This document shows positions 26,923 through 39,479 of a stretch of 64,000 nt of DNA, piece by piece. How positions within the stretch are numbered: the first letter of the stretch is position 1; each line of letters begins with the position of its first letter. The position numbers and the translations under genes are program-made. The notes beneath the pieces are model-generated. The model saw only the letters and a program-made list of their open reading frames with translations. It had not been told where the DNA came from and did no database searches. Origin of the DNA: Octopus vulgaris. Taxonomy: Eukaryota. The stretch is taken from assembly GCA_951406725.2 (NCBI GenBank), contig OX597818.1, forward strand, positions 132,246,001-132,310,000, read 5' to 3'.

Positions 26923-27713
26923 AAAAAAAAAATTTTTGCTAGCTGAGTAGACTGGAACAACATGAAATAAAGTGTCTTGCTCAAGGACATCATGTGCCAC
27001 CATGAATTGAACTTGCCACCTTATGATCATGAGCCAAGTACCCAAACCACTAAGCCATGTGTGTTCACATTAAAGGTACACATGTCTGTAAAATATCCAG
27101 CCATTTACATTATGATTCAATGAGCAGGCAATTCAGTTAATCCCAACAAACATCTATTTACTTAAATTATAATGGAGAATATCTTATGCTGATGTGGCTG
27201 TAGATGATGATGGTGATGTTGGTAGTGACAATGCAGGTTGAAATGTTTTGCTGGTAAGTGGGTAAAGAGTGTTGTGTCAAGAAATATTGGTGTAACACAG
27301 ATGACAGGAATGTCAAAACTGTGTGACATAAAAAAAAGACAACATAAGACACCCATGGGAGCACATATCTCATGTTGCTATCAAAGACATTTGAAATCTT
27401 TGGAAATTGGCTTGGCAGAAGACTCTAGGAAATTTCACACAGTTATATTGTGACAGTGGTGAACAGATTAAAAAATAAAACACACTGGAAAATATGACAG
27501 CTAATTAGAAATTATTTCACTGAAGTCAACACTTTTGTAGAAGTCACGCGCATGCATGCACAATCTCACACACGCACACACACACACACGCACACACACA
27601 TATACGTATGCATGTATTTATATATAAATATGCATGTACATAAATTTGTATGTGTATATACATGTACTTATATATATATATATTTATATAAGTACATGTA
27701 TATACACATACAA

Positions 27714-27772
<59 letters not shown>

Positions 27773-27939
27773 CATGTGTGTTTGTGTATGTATACACACA
27801 CACACACACACAATTTAAATGTAAGAGTGCTTAAATCATATCTATATTAAACATTTATCTCTTACTGGATTTGGGTACTTGTTTGCTGATCTCACCAATA
27901 ACAGAATAGTGCATATGTGTGTGTATATATATATATATA

Positions 27940-29274
27940 CAGGGGTTGCACAAAATAATAGAAAACCTTAAAATTTCAAACAAATTTATTTTGATATGGG
28001 GTAGGACCGCCTTTGGCAGTAATTACAGCTTGAATTCTGCAAGATATGGACTTGTACAAAGTTTCAATTGTTTCCAAAGGAATTTTCATCCATTCTTCAG
28101 CTAGAGCAGTCTCCAGTTCTTGTAGTGATGATGGTGGAGGATATCAACTACTTACTTGTTTTTAAAAAATGCACCATAAATGTTCAATAATATTGAGATC
28201 TGGGGATTGTGGTGGCCAGATAAGATGTTCAACTTCACTAGAATGTTCTTTGTGCCATTCAGTAGCAATTTTAGCTTTGTGAATTGGTGCATTATCATCC
28301 TGAAAGATTGCGTTTCCCTCCAGAAACAGTTCCACAACTATAGGATGAATTTGATCAGATAAAATGCTTAAATAGTCTTGACTATTAATTCTGCCAAGAA
28401 AGGAAACTGTAGTGACGTCATATTCCAGTGTGCGCACACGCAACGTCATTCTTCAGTGTGCGTATGCGGAACGTCCTTCTTCAGTGTGCATGTGCGGGGT
28501 TGGAACCTTCTAGAACCTTCTGGAAAGGAATAGAGAAGTTCCCTCATGGGCATGCGCTAGAGACTGAAGGGGTCAGTAGTTACTAGGGCGTTGTTGCTGT
28601 TGAATACCTGTTCTATTGCTGCTGAATTGTTGTAAAAAGCTTACAAAATTCAGCCTTGCTATTTCGCATCTAGTGGATACCAAGATACCAACGAATTTCT
28701 TTTGTAAATAAGAAAATAAAGAGTTATATATATTTTTAAGGTTGTGTTCTTGTTCATGACTGGAAGTTTCTGGAATCTAAAAAAAGGAAATTGTGTTGCA
28801 CCCAAGTTGCACCCCACAGGTGTAAAGAAGCAACTAGTTCCCTTTACAAAACCATTGGGCCAGTGGATTTCCAAGATATAGCCACCCCCAGATCATCACG
28901 GATCCTCCTTCATGTTTAACAGTTGGAATAAGGCAGTCTGGATCAAATGATTCTTTTGGCTGTCTCCATACATATACTCAGCCAGTGGTTGGAAACAAGG
29001 TAAAGGATGACTTGTCCAAGAAAATAACATTCTTCCACTGCTCTAGGGACCAATTCTGTAGATTTTTACTCCACACTGCAGTGTTTGTTTCTGAAAGTAG
29101 CCATCCCAAGAAATCCAGCTTTGTACAGCTCTTGGTGAACAATTTTTGCATACTAAGCAACACTAATAATAAATAAAAAAATATAAAAATAAGCAAGCTT
29201 TTGATGCTTTTATAGATATTTCAGAATTATGATGCTATGATGCTAGGTGTTTCCATTATTTTGTTCAACCCCTG
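27940..29274 (-). mobile_element. Tc1 (DD34E) transposon, internally deleted
   Basis: TA-flanked TIRs caggggttg.acaaaataat.gaaa; FQDDNAPIH..WPPQSPDLNIIEHLW. Confidence 0.92.
28408..28848. mobile_element. Solo LTR inserted in the Tc1 transposase
   Basis: TGTA...TACA ends; 4-bp TSD AAAC (28404-28407, 28849-28852); transposase reading resumes across the site. Confidence 0.85.
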
Positions 29275-29344
29275 TATATATAAATATAGTTGGAAATGGA
29301 TGCGTGGCATTCAATTAAATAATAATATAAATAATATATGTGTA

Positions 29345-29369
<25 letters not shown>

Positions 29370-29380
<11 letters not shown>

Positions 29381-29690
29381 CATTAAAAGGCTTCCAAATA
29401 AAGAAGCGAGTGCTAGATACACAAAAAGAGGATAAATTCCTGAAATGGAATGAAAATCAAAAACGTTTACCATCTCAGCTAATCCTGTACTAATCCTAAG
29501 ATGTAAAGGTTTTTGATTTTCATTCTATTTCATGAATTTATCCCCTTTTGTGTATCTAGCACTCGCTTCTTTATTTGGAAGCCTTTTAATGTATGTATAT
29601 ATGAATAATGTATAGTCTAATGACTAATTCGTCTTTTGTGCTAGGCCACTGGTAATAATAATTTATTTTTATTACCGTATTTACTATGTT

Positions 29691-29693
<3 letters not shown>
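29370..29693 (+). mobile_element. Fold-back plus tail element in (TA)n
   Basis: ~105-bp arms 29370-29477 / 29497-29602; unique tail 29603-29693. Confidence 0.85.
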
Positions 29694-29735
<42 letters not shown>

Positions 29736-30042
29736 TCGAATCCCGGACCGGGCTGCGTGTTGTGTTCTTGAGCAAGGCACTTTATTTCACGTTGCTCCAG
29801 TTCACTCAACTGTAGAAATGAGTTGCGACGTCACTGGTGCCAAGCTGTATCGGCCTTTGTCTTTCCCTTGGATAACACTGGTGGCATGGAGAGGGAGGCC
29901 GGTATGCATGGGCGACTGCTGGTCTTCCATAAACAACCTTGCCCGGACTTGTGTCTAGGAGGGTAACTTTCTAGGTGCAATCCCATGGTCATTCATGACC
30001 GAAGGGGGTCTTTACCCTTTATATATATGCATGCATATATGT

Positions 30043-30451
30043 GTACAGGACAACACCAACTGAAAACAACATGAAGTATGAAAACAGGTGAACTAAATAC
30101 GCAAACAATGCAAGAAAAAATGAAAACAGGGCAAGTAACACAAAGAATGACCCTTCATCAGTTCTGGTCTAACGTTTAGTTTCCTTGTATGTCTCCACTG
30201 TCCTGTTTTTGGCCCCATTTTGACCCTCCATAAAATCCAGAATTCATTGTGGAAGTTGTTGGAACAACTGTCTTCAAAGGCTCGTATTGTCACTGAATAC
30301 TTGAAATAAGGGGTAGATAGACAGCTAACAACTGATGAAGGGCTGTTCTTTGTATTACTTGTCCTGTTTTCAATATTTTCTCTCATTATTCGCGTATTTA
30401 TCTCGCTTGTTTTCATACTTCATGTTGTTTACAGTTGGTGACCTCCTGTAC
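30043..30451. mobile_element. Fold-back element with gtacagga ends
   Basis: ~120-bp imperfect inverted arms, each containing CTGATGAAGGG; half elements at 31000-31173 and 33670-33812. Confidence 0.7.
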
Positions 30452-30473
30452 CCATATATGCATATATATTTAA

Positions 30474-30534
<61 letters not shown>

Positions 30535-30741
30535 TGTATGTATGTATGTATGTATATGTATATATAACTGTAAATATATGTATGTATATATATATATATA
30601 TAATATTAAATTAGAGATAAAACCACTATTAGGCAAATCAAACAATGAAAAACATAAGCCAATACATAAAATTAATTAATGTATATTATTTTAAATATAT
30701 ATCAAAAGTATTAAAAGTTTAATAAAAGATAAAGAGTAAAA

Positions 30742-30810
30742 CACTACGATCGTTTCATGGCTGTACAATTCGTAATAATTCGAGTGATGGTTACAGTCAA
30801 TCTTCAGGTT
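30742..30810 (-). ncRNA. Minimal type I hammerhead ribozyme motif (PLE-type)
   Basis: ac-CTGAAGA-T-TGACTGTA..TACAGCCA-T-GAAAC-GATC-GTA-gt with palindromic stem III ACGATCGT; lies in microsatellite-flanked unit 30603-30843. Confidence 0.65.
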
Positions 30811-30842
30811 AATTGAAATATTTATCTTAGCGAGGTTTAGCA

Positions 30843-30874
<32 letters not shown>

Positions 30875-31642
30875 AACTTACTTAGAAGTGAATGCGTGCG
30901 TTCTATCATATAATAACAAAATAATAAATAAAACATATGCATATATACACACATATATGTACGTACCTACATCTATATGTATACATACATGCATATATGG
31001 GTACAGGACACCAAAGAAAACGTCGAACACAATGAGAAACTTAAACATAAACACAAAACCAAGGAAATGGACATTTTTCTTAAACAACGTAAAAACAGAG
31101 TACAGGACATACAACACAAGGAACATTCCCCTTCTTCAGCCGCCTCTGTTTCATCTACTCCGCGTTTCGAAGGTATATATATATCATATATTTGCATATA
31201 TATATATATAATATATTATATATATATATTTGGGCACCTGTATATATGTGTGTAAGAATGTTTGTACATACATGCACATAAATTATATATTCTTTTACTC
31301 TTTTACTCTTTTAGTTGTTTCAGTCATTTGACTGTGGCCATGCTGGAGCACTGCCTTTTGCCAAGTAAATCGACCCCAGGACTTATTCTAAGTTGCGGGG
31401 TTGTAAACACACCAACATCCGTTGTCGAGTGATGTTGGGAGGAGGGGAACAAACACAGACACACAAACATATACACACACACACGTACACACATATATAT
31501 ACATATATACAACAGGTTTCTTTCAGTTTCCATCTATTAAATCCACTTACAAGGCTTTGGTCGGCCGAGGCTATAGTAGAAGACACTTGCCATGCAGTGG
31601 GACTGAACCCAGAACCATGTGGTTCGTATGTATATATATATC

Positions 31643-31684
<42 letters not shown>

Positions 31685-33434
31685 TATATATATATGTTAG
31701 TATATGTATGTATGTATGTATGCATAAATACATGTATGTGCACACACGAGCATATGCCGTATTGGAATAAGTGGTGACCCCCTTCGGTCAGACACTCACC
31801 ATGGGTTTGCACCTAGAGAGTTACCCTCTGAGGCACAAGTCTGGGCAAGGTTGTTTTACGGAAGACCAGCAGTCGCCCATGCATACCGGCCTCCCCTCTC
31901 CACATCACCGATGTTGTCCAAGGGAAAGGCAAGGGCCGATACAGCTTGGCACCTGTGACGTCGCTACTCATTTCTACAGCTGAGTGAACTGGAGCAACGT
32001 GAAATAAAGTGTCTTACTCAAGAACACAACACGCAGCCCGGTCCAGGATTCGAGCTCACAACCTCACGATCATAAGCTCGATGCTCTAACCACTGAGCCA
32101 CGCGCCATACGTGGCATAAACCATTCAATCATTATAACTAATCATTAGTTTATAACTAAACTAATGATTAAATGTAGAACAAGCATATAAAATAATTGAA
32201 TGAAGAAAAACTCCCAACATAAAAAGAAAAAGATTTAGTTGTTTTTAGATTTCACATCTTATCCCCTGTGTGTATTTTCAAGTTATAAACCTGTCATCAG
32301 ATAGTCTGATGTGTGAAGTTAATATTGACTGTGGAGAGTAAGAAATCTGAGACCATAACATAGCTGGCTGTGAGACTGGAAAGCTACTGCCACTAATCAG
32401 ACTCTTCTGCTATAGTTCATAGTAGGGTTTTAGATTATCATCATGTGGTTGGGAAGCAAGCTTCTTACCACACAGCCACACCTACATATGTATGAACATA
32501 TGTATGTATGTATGTATGTATGTATCATCATCATCATCGTTTAACGTCCGTTTTCCGCGCTAGCACGGGTTGGACGGTTCGACCGGGGTCTGGGGAGCCA
32601 GGGGCTGCTCCAGGCTCCAGTCTGATCTGGCGGTGTTTCTACAGCTGGATGCCCTTCCTAATGCCAACCACTCCGCGAGTGTAGTGGGTGCTCTTTACGT
32701 GCCACCTGCACAGGTGCCAGAGGGGTCTGGCATCGGCCACGATCGGTTGGTGCTTTTTATGTATGTATGTATGTATGTATGTAAGCCTAGTACTTATTCA
32801 ATCGGTGTCTTTTGCCAAACCGCTAAGTTGCGGGGTCGTAAACACAACAACATCCGTTGTCGAGCGATGTTGGGAGGAGGGGAACAAACACAGACACACA
32901 AACATATACACACACACACACATACACACATATATATACATATATACAACAGGTTTCTTTCAGTTTCCATCTATCAAATCCTCTTACAAGGCTTTGGTCG
33001 GCTGAGGCTATAGTAGAAGACACTTGCCATGCATCATCATCATCATCATCGTTAAGATCTGTCTTTCATACTGGAGTCAGCTAGGTAGAAAACTACCTCA
33101 GGCTATTGTGTCTATATTGGCAGGGTTTTTATGGCTGGATGCCCTTCCTAACCCCAACCACTTTGCAGAGTGGATTAATTGCTTTTTACATGGCTCCAGC
33201 AAGGGTGAGGTCAGCTTTGGCATGATTTTTACAGCTGGATGCCCTTTCAAATGCCGACCACTTTACAGTGTGGGGTTGAATGCTTTTTATGTGGGATCAG
33301 CACATACCAAATTTTAACTTCAAATACATTGATATCCCCCTCACACTCACACACATACAAGGTTCATTCCAGAAGGTATCCCTAATAAAATACCCACATA
33401 TGAACAGATTCATATACATACATACATACATACA

Positions 33435-33465
<31 letters not shown>

Positions 33466-33866
33466 GTACATACATATGTAGGTGTGGCTGTGTGGTAAGA
33501 AGCTTGCTTCCCAACCACATGGTTCCAGGTTCAGTCCCACTGTGTCACAGCTTGGGCAAGTGTCTTCAATTAGAGTCTCAGGACAACCAAAGCCTTGTGA
33601 GTGGATTTGTTAGACAGAAACTGTAAGAAGCCTGTCCTGTGTGTGTGTGTTTGTGTGTGTGTATATATGAGTACAGGACACCACAAATAAAACGTAGGAC
33701 TCAACGAGAAACGAAAACATAAAAACAAACTAGGAAACGGACTTTTTTTAACAACGAAAAAACAGAGTACAAGACAAACAATACAAGGAATATTCCCCTT
33801 CATCAGGTGTCCCTATATATATATGTATATATATATATATATATGTATGCATGTATACATATATAC

Positions 33867-34140
33867 AAATGAAAAAAATGTATGGTAAATAAACAAATAT
33901 AACGTATGCTGAATGTATAAACGAATGGGCGACAAAGCAGAAGGTCCCAAATTCTTTATAAGTTATCAACCAGTTGGTAATATTCAGTTTTACACTGAAG
34001 AATTATGGTTCTTCTGTTTGTCTCCCATTTGTTTTTACATTCAGTTTACATTATGTCAATTGTTTATTTACCAAAGATTTTTTCATTTATTAAGTAATGG
34101 AACACAACACACACCGAATTTGTAGTAACAAGTCAGTTAT
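33867..34140 (+). mobile_element. Fold-back plus tail element (older, diverged arms)
   Basis: Arms ~33867-33944 / 34010-34089, tail to 34140, (TA)n flanks. Confidence 0.7.
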
Positions 34141-34197
34141 ATATATATATATATATATATATATGCATAAATATATATATATATGTATGCATGTATG

Positions 34198-34277
<80 letters not shown>

Positions 34278-35852
34278 GGAGTGGCTGTGTGGTAAGCTAA
34301 CTTATTCTATGTACTGCCTTTATGGCAAATGTTATGAAATAAAGTAGCTTGCTAACCAACCACATGGTTCTGGGTTCAGTCCCACTGCACAGCATCTTGG
34401 GCAAGTGTCTTCTGCTATAGCCTCGGGCCGACCAAAGCCTTGTGAGTGGATTTGGAAGACGGAAACTGAAAGAAGCCTGTCGTATATATGTATATATATA
34501 TATGTATGTGTGTGTATATGTTTGTTGTCTGCTTGACAACTGATGCTGGTGTGTTTACGTCATTTAGCGGTTCGGCAACAGGGACCGATAGAATAAGTAC
34601 TGGGCTTACAAAGAATAAGTCCCAGGGTCGATTTGCTCGACTAAAGGCGGTGCTCCAGCATGACTGCAGTCAAAATGACTGAAACAAGTAAAAGAGAGAG
34701 TAAAGAGTATATATGGCTGTCTAGCAGTAATCCTCTTCAATCAGAGTTTCACCATAGTCTCCAGCAGTTTCACATAGCCATCTGAAGTGAGCCTAAGGCT
34801 CTGTTCAAAGAAATGGGGCAACATGATATCAGTCACACTGGAGTCACACCAAAAGAGCATCGCACTCTGGGGGGAACTTGGTTTTCATGAGGTCCATGTC
34901 ACATCTTACAGCCTTTACGGTCATGATGTTAAAATAATACCTGGCGTAAATCATTATAATAATAATAATAATGAAATTATTGTATACAGTGCTCAGGTGC
35001 ACCACAACTTGTCAGAAAGTGCATATAAAGTACATGCAGTAATGTAGAAATGTCTGGAAAGCGAACAATGTATGAGTCAGATACATGCTTGCGTGTGTAT
35101 GGAGGGGAGAAAATCAAGTGTAGTGTTGGCGAATCTCAGGAAGCATGGAAGTTTTGAAGGATGCAGTACTCCGACAACTAACAACCGATGCCAGCAGTTT
35201 GTTCCATGCTTCAGCAACTCTCAGCGTGAAAAAATGTTTCCTGAAGTCATTTCTCTTTTCCAATATGCAGATAGCTTCCACTTCTCCATGCAGCTAACAC
35301 TTTCTGAAGAACACCTTTATGAACACCTTTCCAATGCCATCGACTCTTCACCAAATCCTTAAACAGTTCCAGACAAAAAGGAAAAATCTAGCCCAAATAC
35401 CTTGTAATTGGTAGGGCATCACAACATATTGAGACCACAGCATCAAGAAAAGGATACCATTAACATCATTAACATTTTAGATTAAATAGGCTTTAATTGC
35501 TGGATTCTAGCAGTTTTGATTATGATAGTCCAACTACAAAAGATAGGAGGAGGAGGGGAGAATAAATTAAATTTGGTGAATAGTAAATGTTACAAGCAGA
35601 ACTCAAATTCACTGCGAGAATAATAAAGCTAAATGACCTGTGAAGGTTTGTGTGACTTTTCATTTATATCATCAGTGTACACTGACAGACCATAAGCTTT
35701 CAACAAGAATATAATTACTGGCATAAATAATGAGAACCTGGATTTGTGTGTGAGAAATATGGGGTAGGAGTTTGGGGAGGAGTGGAGGCTAAGAAAGTTA
35801 ATGTCATCATCCTTATCCACAAAATCATCATGCTCATTGTCACTACCACCAC

Positions 35853-35898
<46 letters not shown>

Positions 35899-35900
<2 letters not shown>

Positions 35901-36205
35901 CAAGGAAAAATTGTAAAAAGGCAGAATGCTAAATTGAAAGAAAATGTTAATGAAAATGGATGTATGGAAAAAGTTTTTTGAAAAATTGATAAAATATATA
36001 AATATATATTAATTCAGACCGGTTTTCGTCATAATGTGACTTTTCAAGAATTGTAAAGGAAAAAATTTTATCAATTTTTCAAAAACTTTTTCCATACACC
36101 CATTTTCATTAAAATTTTCTTTCAATTTAGCATTCTGCCTTTTTACAATTTTTCCTTGCTTATCATTTCTCCATGTGCGGTTAACACAACCCCACCATTT
36201 ATTGA

Positions 36206-36208
<3 letters not shown>
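35899..36208 (+). mobile_element. Fold-back plus tail element with hammerhead-like motif in the spacer
   Basis: Arms 35899-35995 / 36065-36160, tail 36161-36208, (TA)n on both sides. Confidence 0.85.
36011..36052 (-). ncRNA. Hammerhead-like motif, U3:A8 variant core
   Basis: aattc-TTGAAAA-GTCA catta TGAC-GAAA-ACCGGTC-t-gaatt. Confidence 0.55.
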
Positions 36209-36239
<31 letters not shown>

Positions 36240-36241
<2 letters not shown>

Positions 36242-36457
36242 AGGGGATACTGGAAAGTTCTTGGCTTTGAGTTAAAAAGTAAATACAAGAGGGTCAGTTA
36301 ATTATGATTTTATTCAACATATTCCCGTCTCAGATTCACACACTTATTGCAGCAGCCTTTCAGTTTTTCTAAGCCCTGTAAAAGAACTCGTAAGGTTGGG
36401 CCTGTAACCAGGCCTTTCGTGATACCCTTAAAGCAAGGAACTTTTCAGCACACCCTG
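36240..36457. mobile_element. Mariner-derived MITE
   Basis: Imperfect TIRs aggggatactggaaagttcttggcttt / aaagcaaggaacttttcagcacaccct. Confidence 0.65.
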
Positions 36458-36474
36458 ATATATATATATATATC

Positions 36475-36515
<41 letters not shown>

Positions 36516-36517
<2 letters not shown>

Positions 36518-36718
36518 AGAACGCCATGATAGATCGTTAGCTCCTACACGCATTTTTTTCTCTCCTTGTTTTTTTTCTGTGTATCTTTCTGTCAAGAAGG
36601 CGTAGGCTCGAAACGTAAAAGACTTGTTCTATTTCTATTCCTGAGCGCCATACATATATATTTGTTTGTTTGTACTCCACCTGCCTTCGTCTTTTGTTTA
36701 TTTTCGTAAACCTTCCCG

Positions 36719-36720
<2 letters not shown>
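36516..36720 (+). mobile_element. Penelope pseudo-LTR-like unit with degenerate hammerhead
   Basis: tcttt-ctgtcaagaag-gcgtaggctc-GAAACGTA-aaaga (36584-36622); siblings at 38230-38306 and 45570-45650(-). Confidence 0.6.
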
Positions 36721-36751
<31 letters not shown>

Positions 36752-36769
36752 AGTGTGTGTGTGTGCCCT

Positions 36770-37130
36770 TACGAAAGCACTTTCTGTGGACCGTGCATCT
36801 GCTCTCTCCCCACACTACACTACTGTCACCCATCTCCCATTTCCCCTGCTCCCACCGACACTGCTGCACTTGCCTTTATCTCTCCGACACCACCATCCTC
36901 ACCGGCACACATCATCGACCCTATCATATTACTGACTCTTTCACCTGCACTTCTAGCAATGTCATCTACTGCATCTCCTACTCTCTTTGTTCTTCTCTGT
37001 ACATCGGTCAAATGGGACACCGCTTGGCTGACCAGTTCATGGAACACTCCCAAGACATCAGACTCAGCAATGATAACCTGGTCTCACACCATTTTCACTC
37101 TACCAGTCACTCTTTACAACACCTGTCTGT
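36770..37130 (+). pseudogene. Penelope GIY-YIG endonuclease fragment
   Basis: SFTCTSSNVIYCISYSLCSSLYIGQMGHRLADQFMEH..VSHHF..HSLQHLSV. Confidence 0.88.
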
Positions 37131-37430
37131 GAAGTGGGTGGAATTCTTCACGAATGATGTTGACTTTCCTGCTAATGGGCTGATTATATCAACAAGGAAG
37201 CGGCTCAGTGGATGACATGCTGAAACTCTACAGCTCACTATAGATCTTAATGGAATACCATCCTTGTGAATCTTGGGAAGACCATACGTGTTGAGTCAGT
37301 TGTCTGTACTTCGTTGGTGTAAAGGGATCCTTGTTCTTGATCAACATCTGTGACAACTTTTTCTCTGTTTTCAGAGTTGGGTCTTTCTTTAATTTGCTGT
37401 AGCTACCATCACTTATAAGACTTGCCAATT
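37131..37430 (-). pseudogene. Penelope reverse transcriptase N-terminal fragment
   Basis: YSKLKKDPT.. then YGLPKIHKDGIPLRSIVS..FVKNSTHF after a frameshift. Confidence 0.88.
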
Positions 37431-37447
37431 TTCCCACACACACATAA

Positions 37448-37512
<65 letters not shown>

Positions 37513-37773
37513 ATGGGCTTCTTTGTTTTCATCTACCAAATCAACACACAAGGCTTTGGTCAGCCCAAGGCTATAATAGAAGAAACTTGCCCAAGTTGCC
37601 ATGCAGTGGGACTGAACCTGGAATCATGTGGTTGGGAAGCAAGCTTCTTACCACACAGCCACACCTACAGCTTGTCAATACACAGTGATCACTTATAAGC
37701 TGTAAGCTTATAAAATATTATTAATTTACAGAATTGTCACTCATTGCCACTTCCCAATTCATCGTGAAAACAC

Positions 37774-37822
<49 letters not shown>

Positions 37823-38306
37823 GGGGCCCGGCATTGGCCACGATCGGTTGGAGCTTTTTCCGTGCCGGTTGGCACGTAAAAGGCGTCCACTACACTCGCG
37901 GAGTGGTTGGCATTAGGAAGGGCATCCAGCTGTAGAAACTCTGCCAGATCAGACTGGAGTCTGGTGCAGCCCCTGGCTTCCCAGACCCCGGTCGAACCGT
38001 CCAACCCGTGCTAGCATGGAGAACGGACGTTAAACGATGATGATGATACAGCTGGCTTCTTACTGTTTCTATCTACAAAATTCACTGATAAGACTTTCAT
38101 CGGCCTGGGGTTATAGTAGAAGACACTTACCTTAAAATGTCACATAGTGAGACTGAACCCAGAACCATATAATTGGGAATCAAACTTCTTACCATGCTGC
38201 CATGCCTGTACCAATATCTATGCCTGTGCCAGCCACTACACATTCTTTATTTTCTCTCCCTGTTTTTTTCTGTGTTCCTTTCTGTGGAAGAGTGTAGGCT
38301 CGAAAC

Positions 38307-39207
38307 CCAGACAACCCAGAGTTTCCTTGAACGTTTCCTAACCCAGGATGAGTGTTGGCTTCAACACTTTGAGCCAGAAGCAAAGAGACAATCCATGCAG
38401 TGGAAACTCCCCACCTCACCTGCTCCAACGAATGCCAAGGTCGTTTCATCTGCAGGGAAAGTGATGGCCTCAGTTTTTTGAGATGCAACAAACTTTGTGT
38501 TTATTGACTCTCTTCAAAAGGGTCTCACCCTCAATGAAGAGGACTATGACAACTTGCTGAGACATGCAAAATGCTATCAAGATCAAGCACCCAAGAAAAC
38601 TGATGAAAGGAAGTCTTGTTTCATCCAGCACACAAGCCCTTGGTTTCAATGGTTGCTGTACATGACTGCAGCTTTTAACTGGTTGATCATCCACCTTATT
38701 CTTCTTATTCAGCCCCATCTGACTATCAACCTATTCTTCAACATGGAAAACACTTGGCTGGGAACCAGTGTCACAGGAATGATGACATCACATGTGCTGT
38801 TGAGAATTTTTTACCAACAGGATGAAAACCTCTTCACCAATGTGATCCAAGCACTGCAACACTGATGGAAGAAATGCATGGAACACAAGCTAGCAGAATC
38901 ATTAGCACATCGGGCGAAATGCTTAACGGTATTTCGGCTGCCGTTACGTTGTGAGTTCAAATTCCGCCGAGGTCGACTTTGCCTTTCATCCTTTCGGGGT
39001 CGATAAATTAAGTACCAGTTAAGCACTGGGGTCGATGTAATCGACTTAATACCTATGTCTGTCCATGTTTGTCTCCTCTATGTTTAGCCCCTTGTGGGTA
39101 ATAAAGAAATAGGAACACAAGGGGAACTATGTTGAAAAATAAACCTCATTTGGTCTCATTCCTTGAGAGTATCTTGGTTAGCTTATGAACTTTTCAGCCA
39201 ACCCTTG
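38307..39207 (+). mobile_element. Mariner transposase 3' half
   Basis: FLTQDECWLQHFEPE..QSMQWK..SAGKVMASVF..HPPYS..APSDY; TIR then TA; twin at 44895-45572(-). Confidence 0.88.
38890..39111 (+). mobile_element. MetaSINE-like insertion present only in the left arm
   Basis: 10-bp TSD ggaacacaag (38880-38889, 39112-39121); the right arm has the empty site at ~44980-44992. Confidence 0.92.
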
Positions 39208-39479
39208 TATGTATGTATGTATGTATGTATGTTAAGGAGGGGATCAACACTTTTGAGAGAGCACGTATCCAGCATGAAGAACTTAAGCGAGCTGCACGAA
39301 AGCACACGGCTCATATAGTGAATGGGGAAAGCTTGGTCTGCAATATTTTCAGTCGTGTATGCTTGTCAAGAGCAGGGCTCATTAGCCACCAACGGACCCG
39401 CAAATGCAAAATATAAGTTAGTCCTAGAGCGCACAATGTTCCTGAAGGTCGGCAATGGTCGTTTTCGGTCACGAGTGGA

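Larger units (their letters stand above)
38088..39479 (+). repeat. Left arm of inverted segmental duplication
   Basis: Composite of SINE B piece, PLE pLTR piece, mariner 3' half and RTE 3' end, matching the reverse complement of 44551-45790. Confidence 0.92.
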
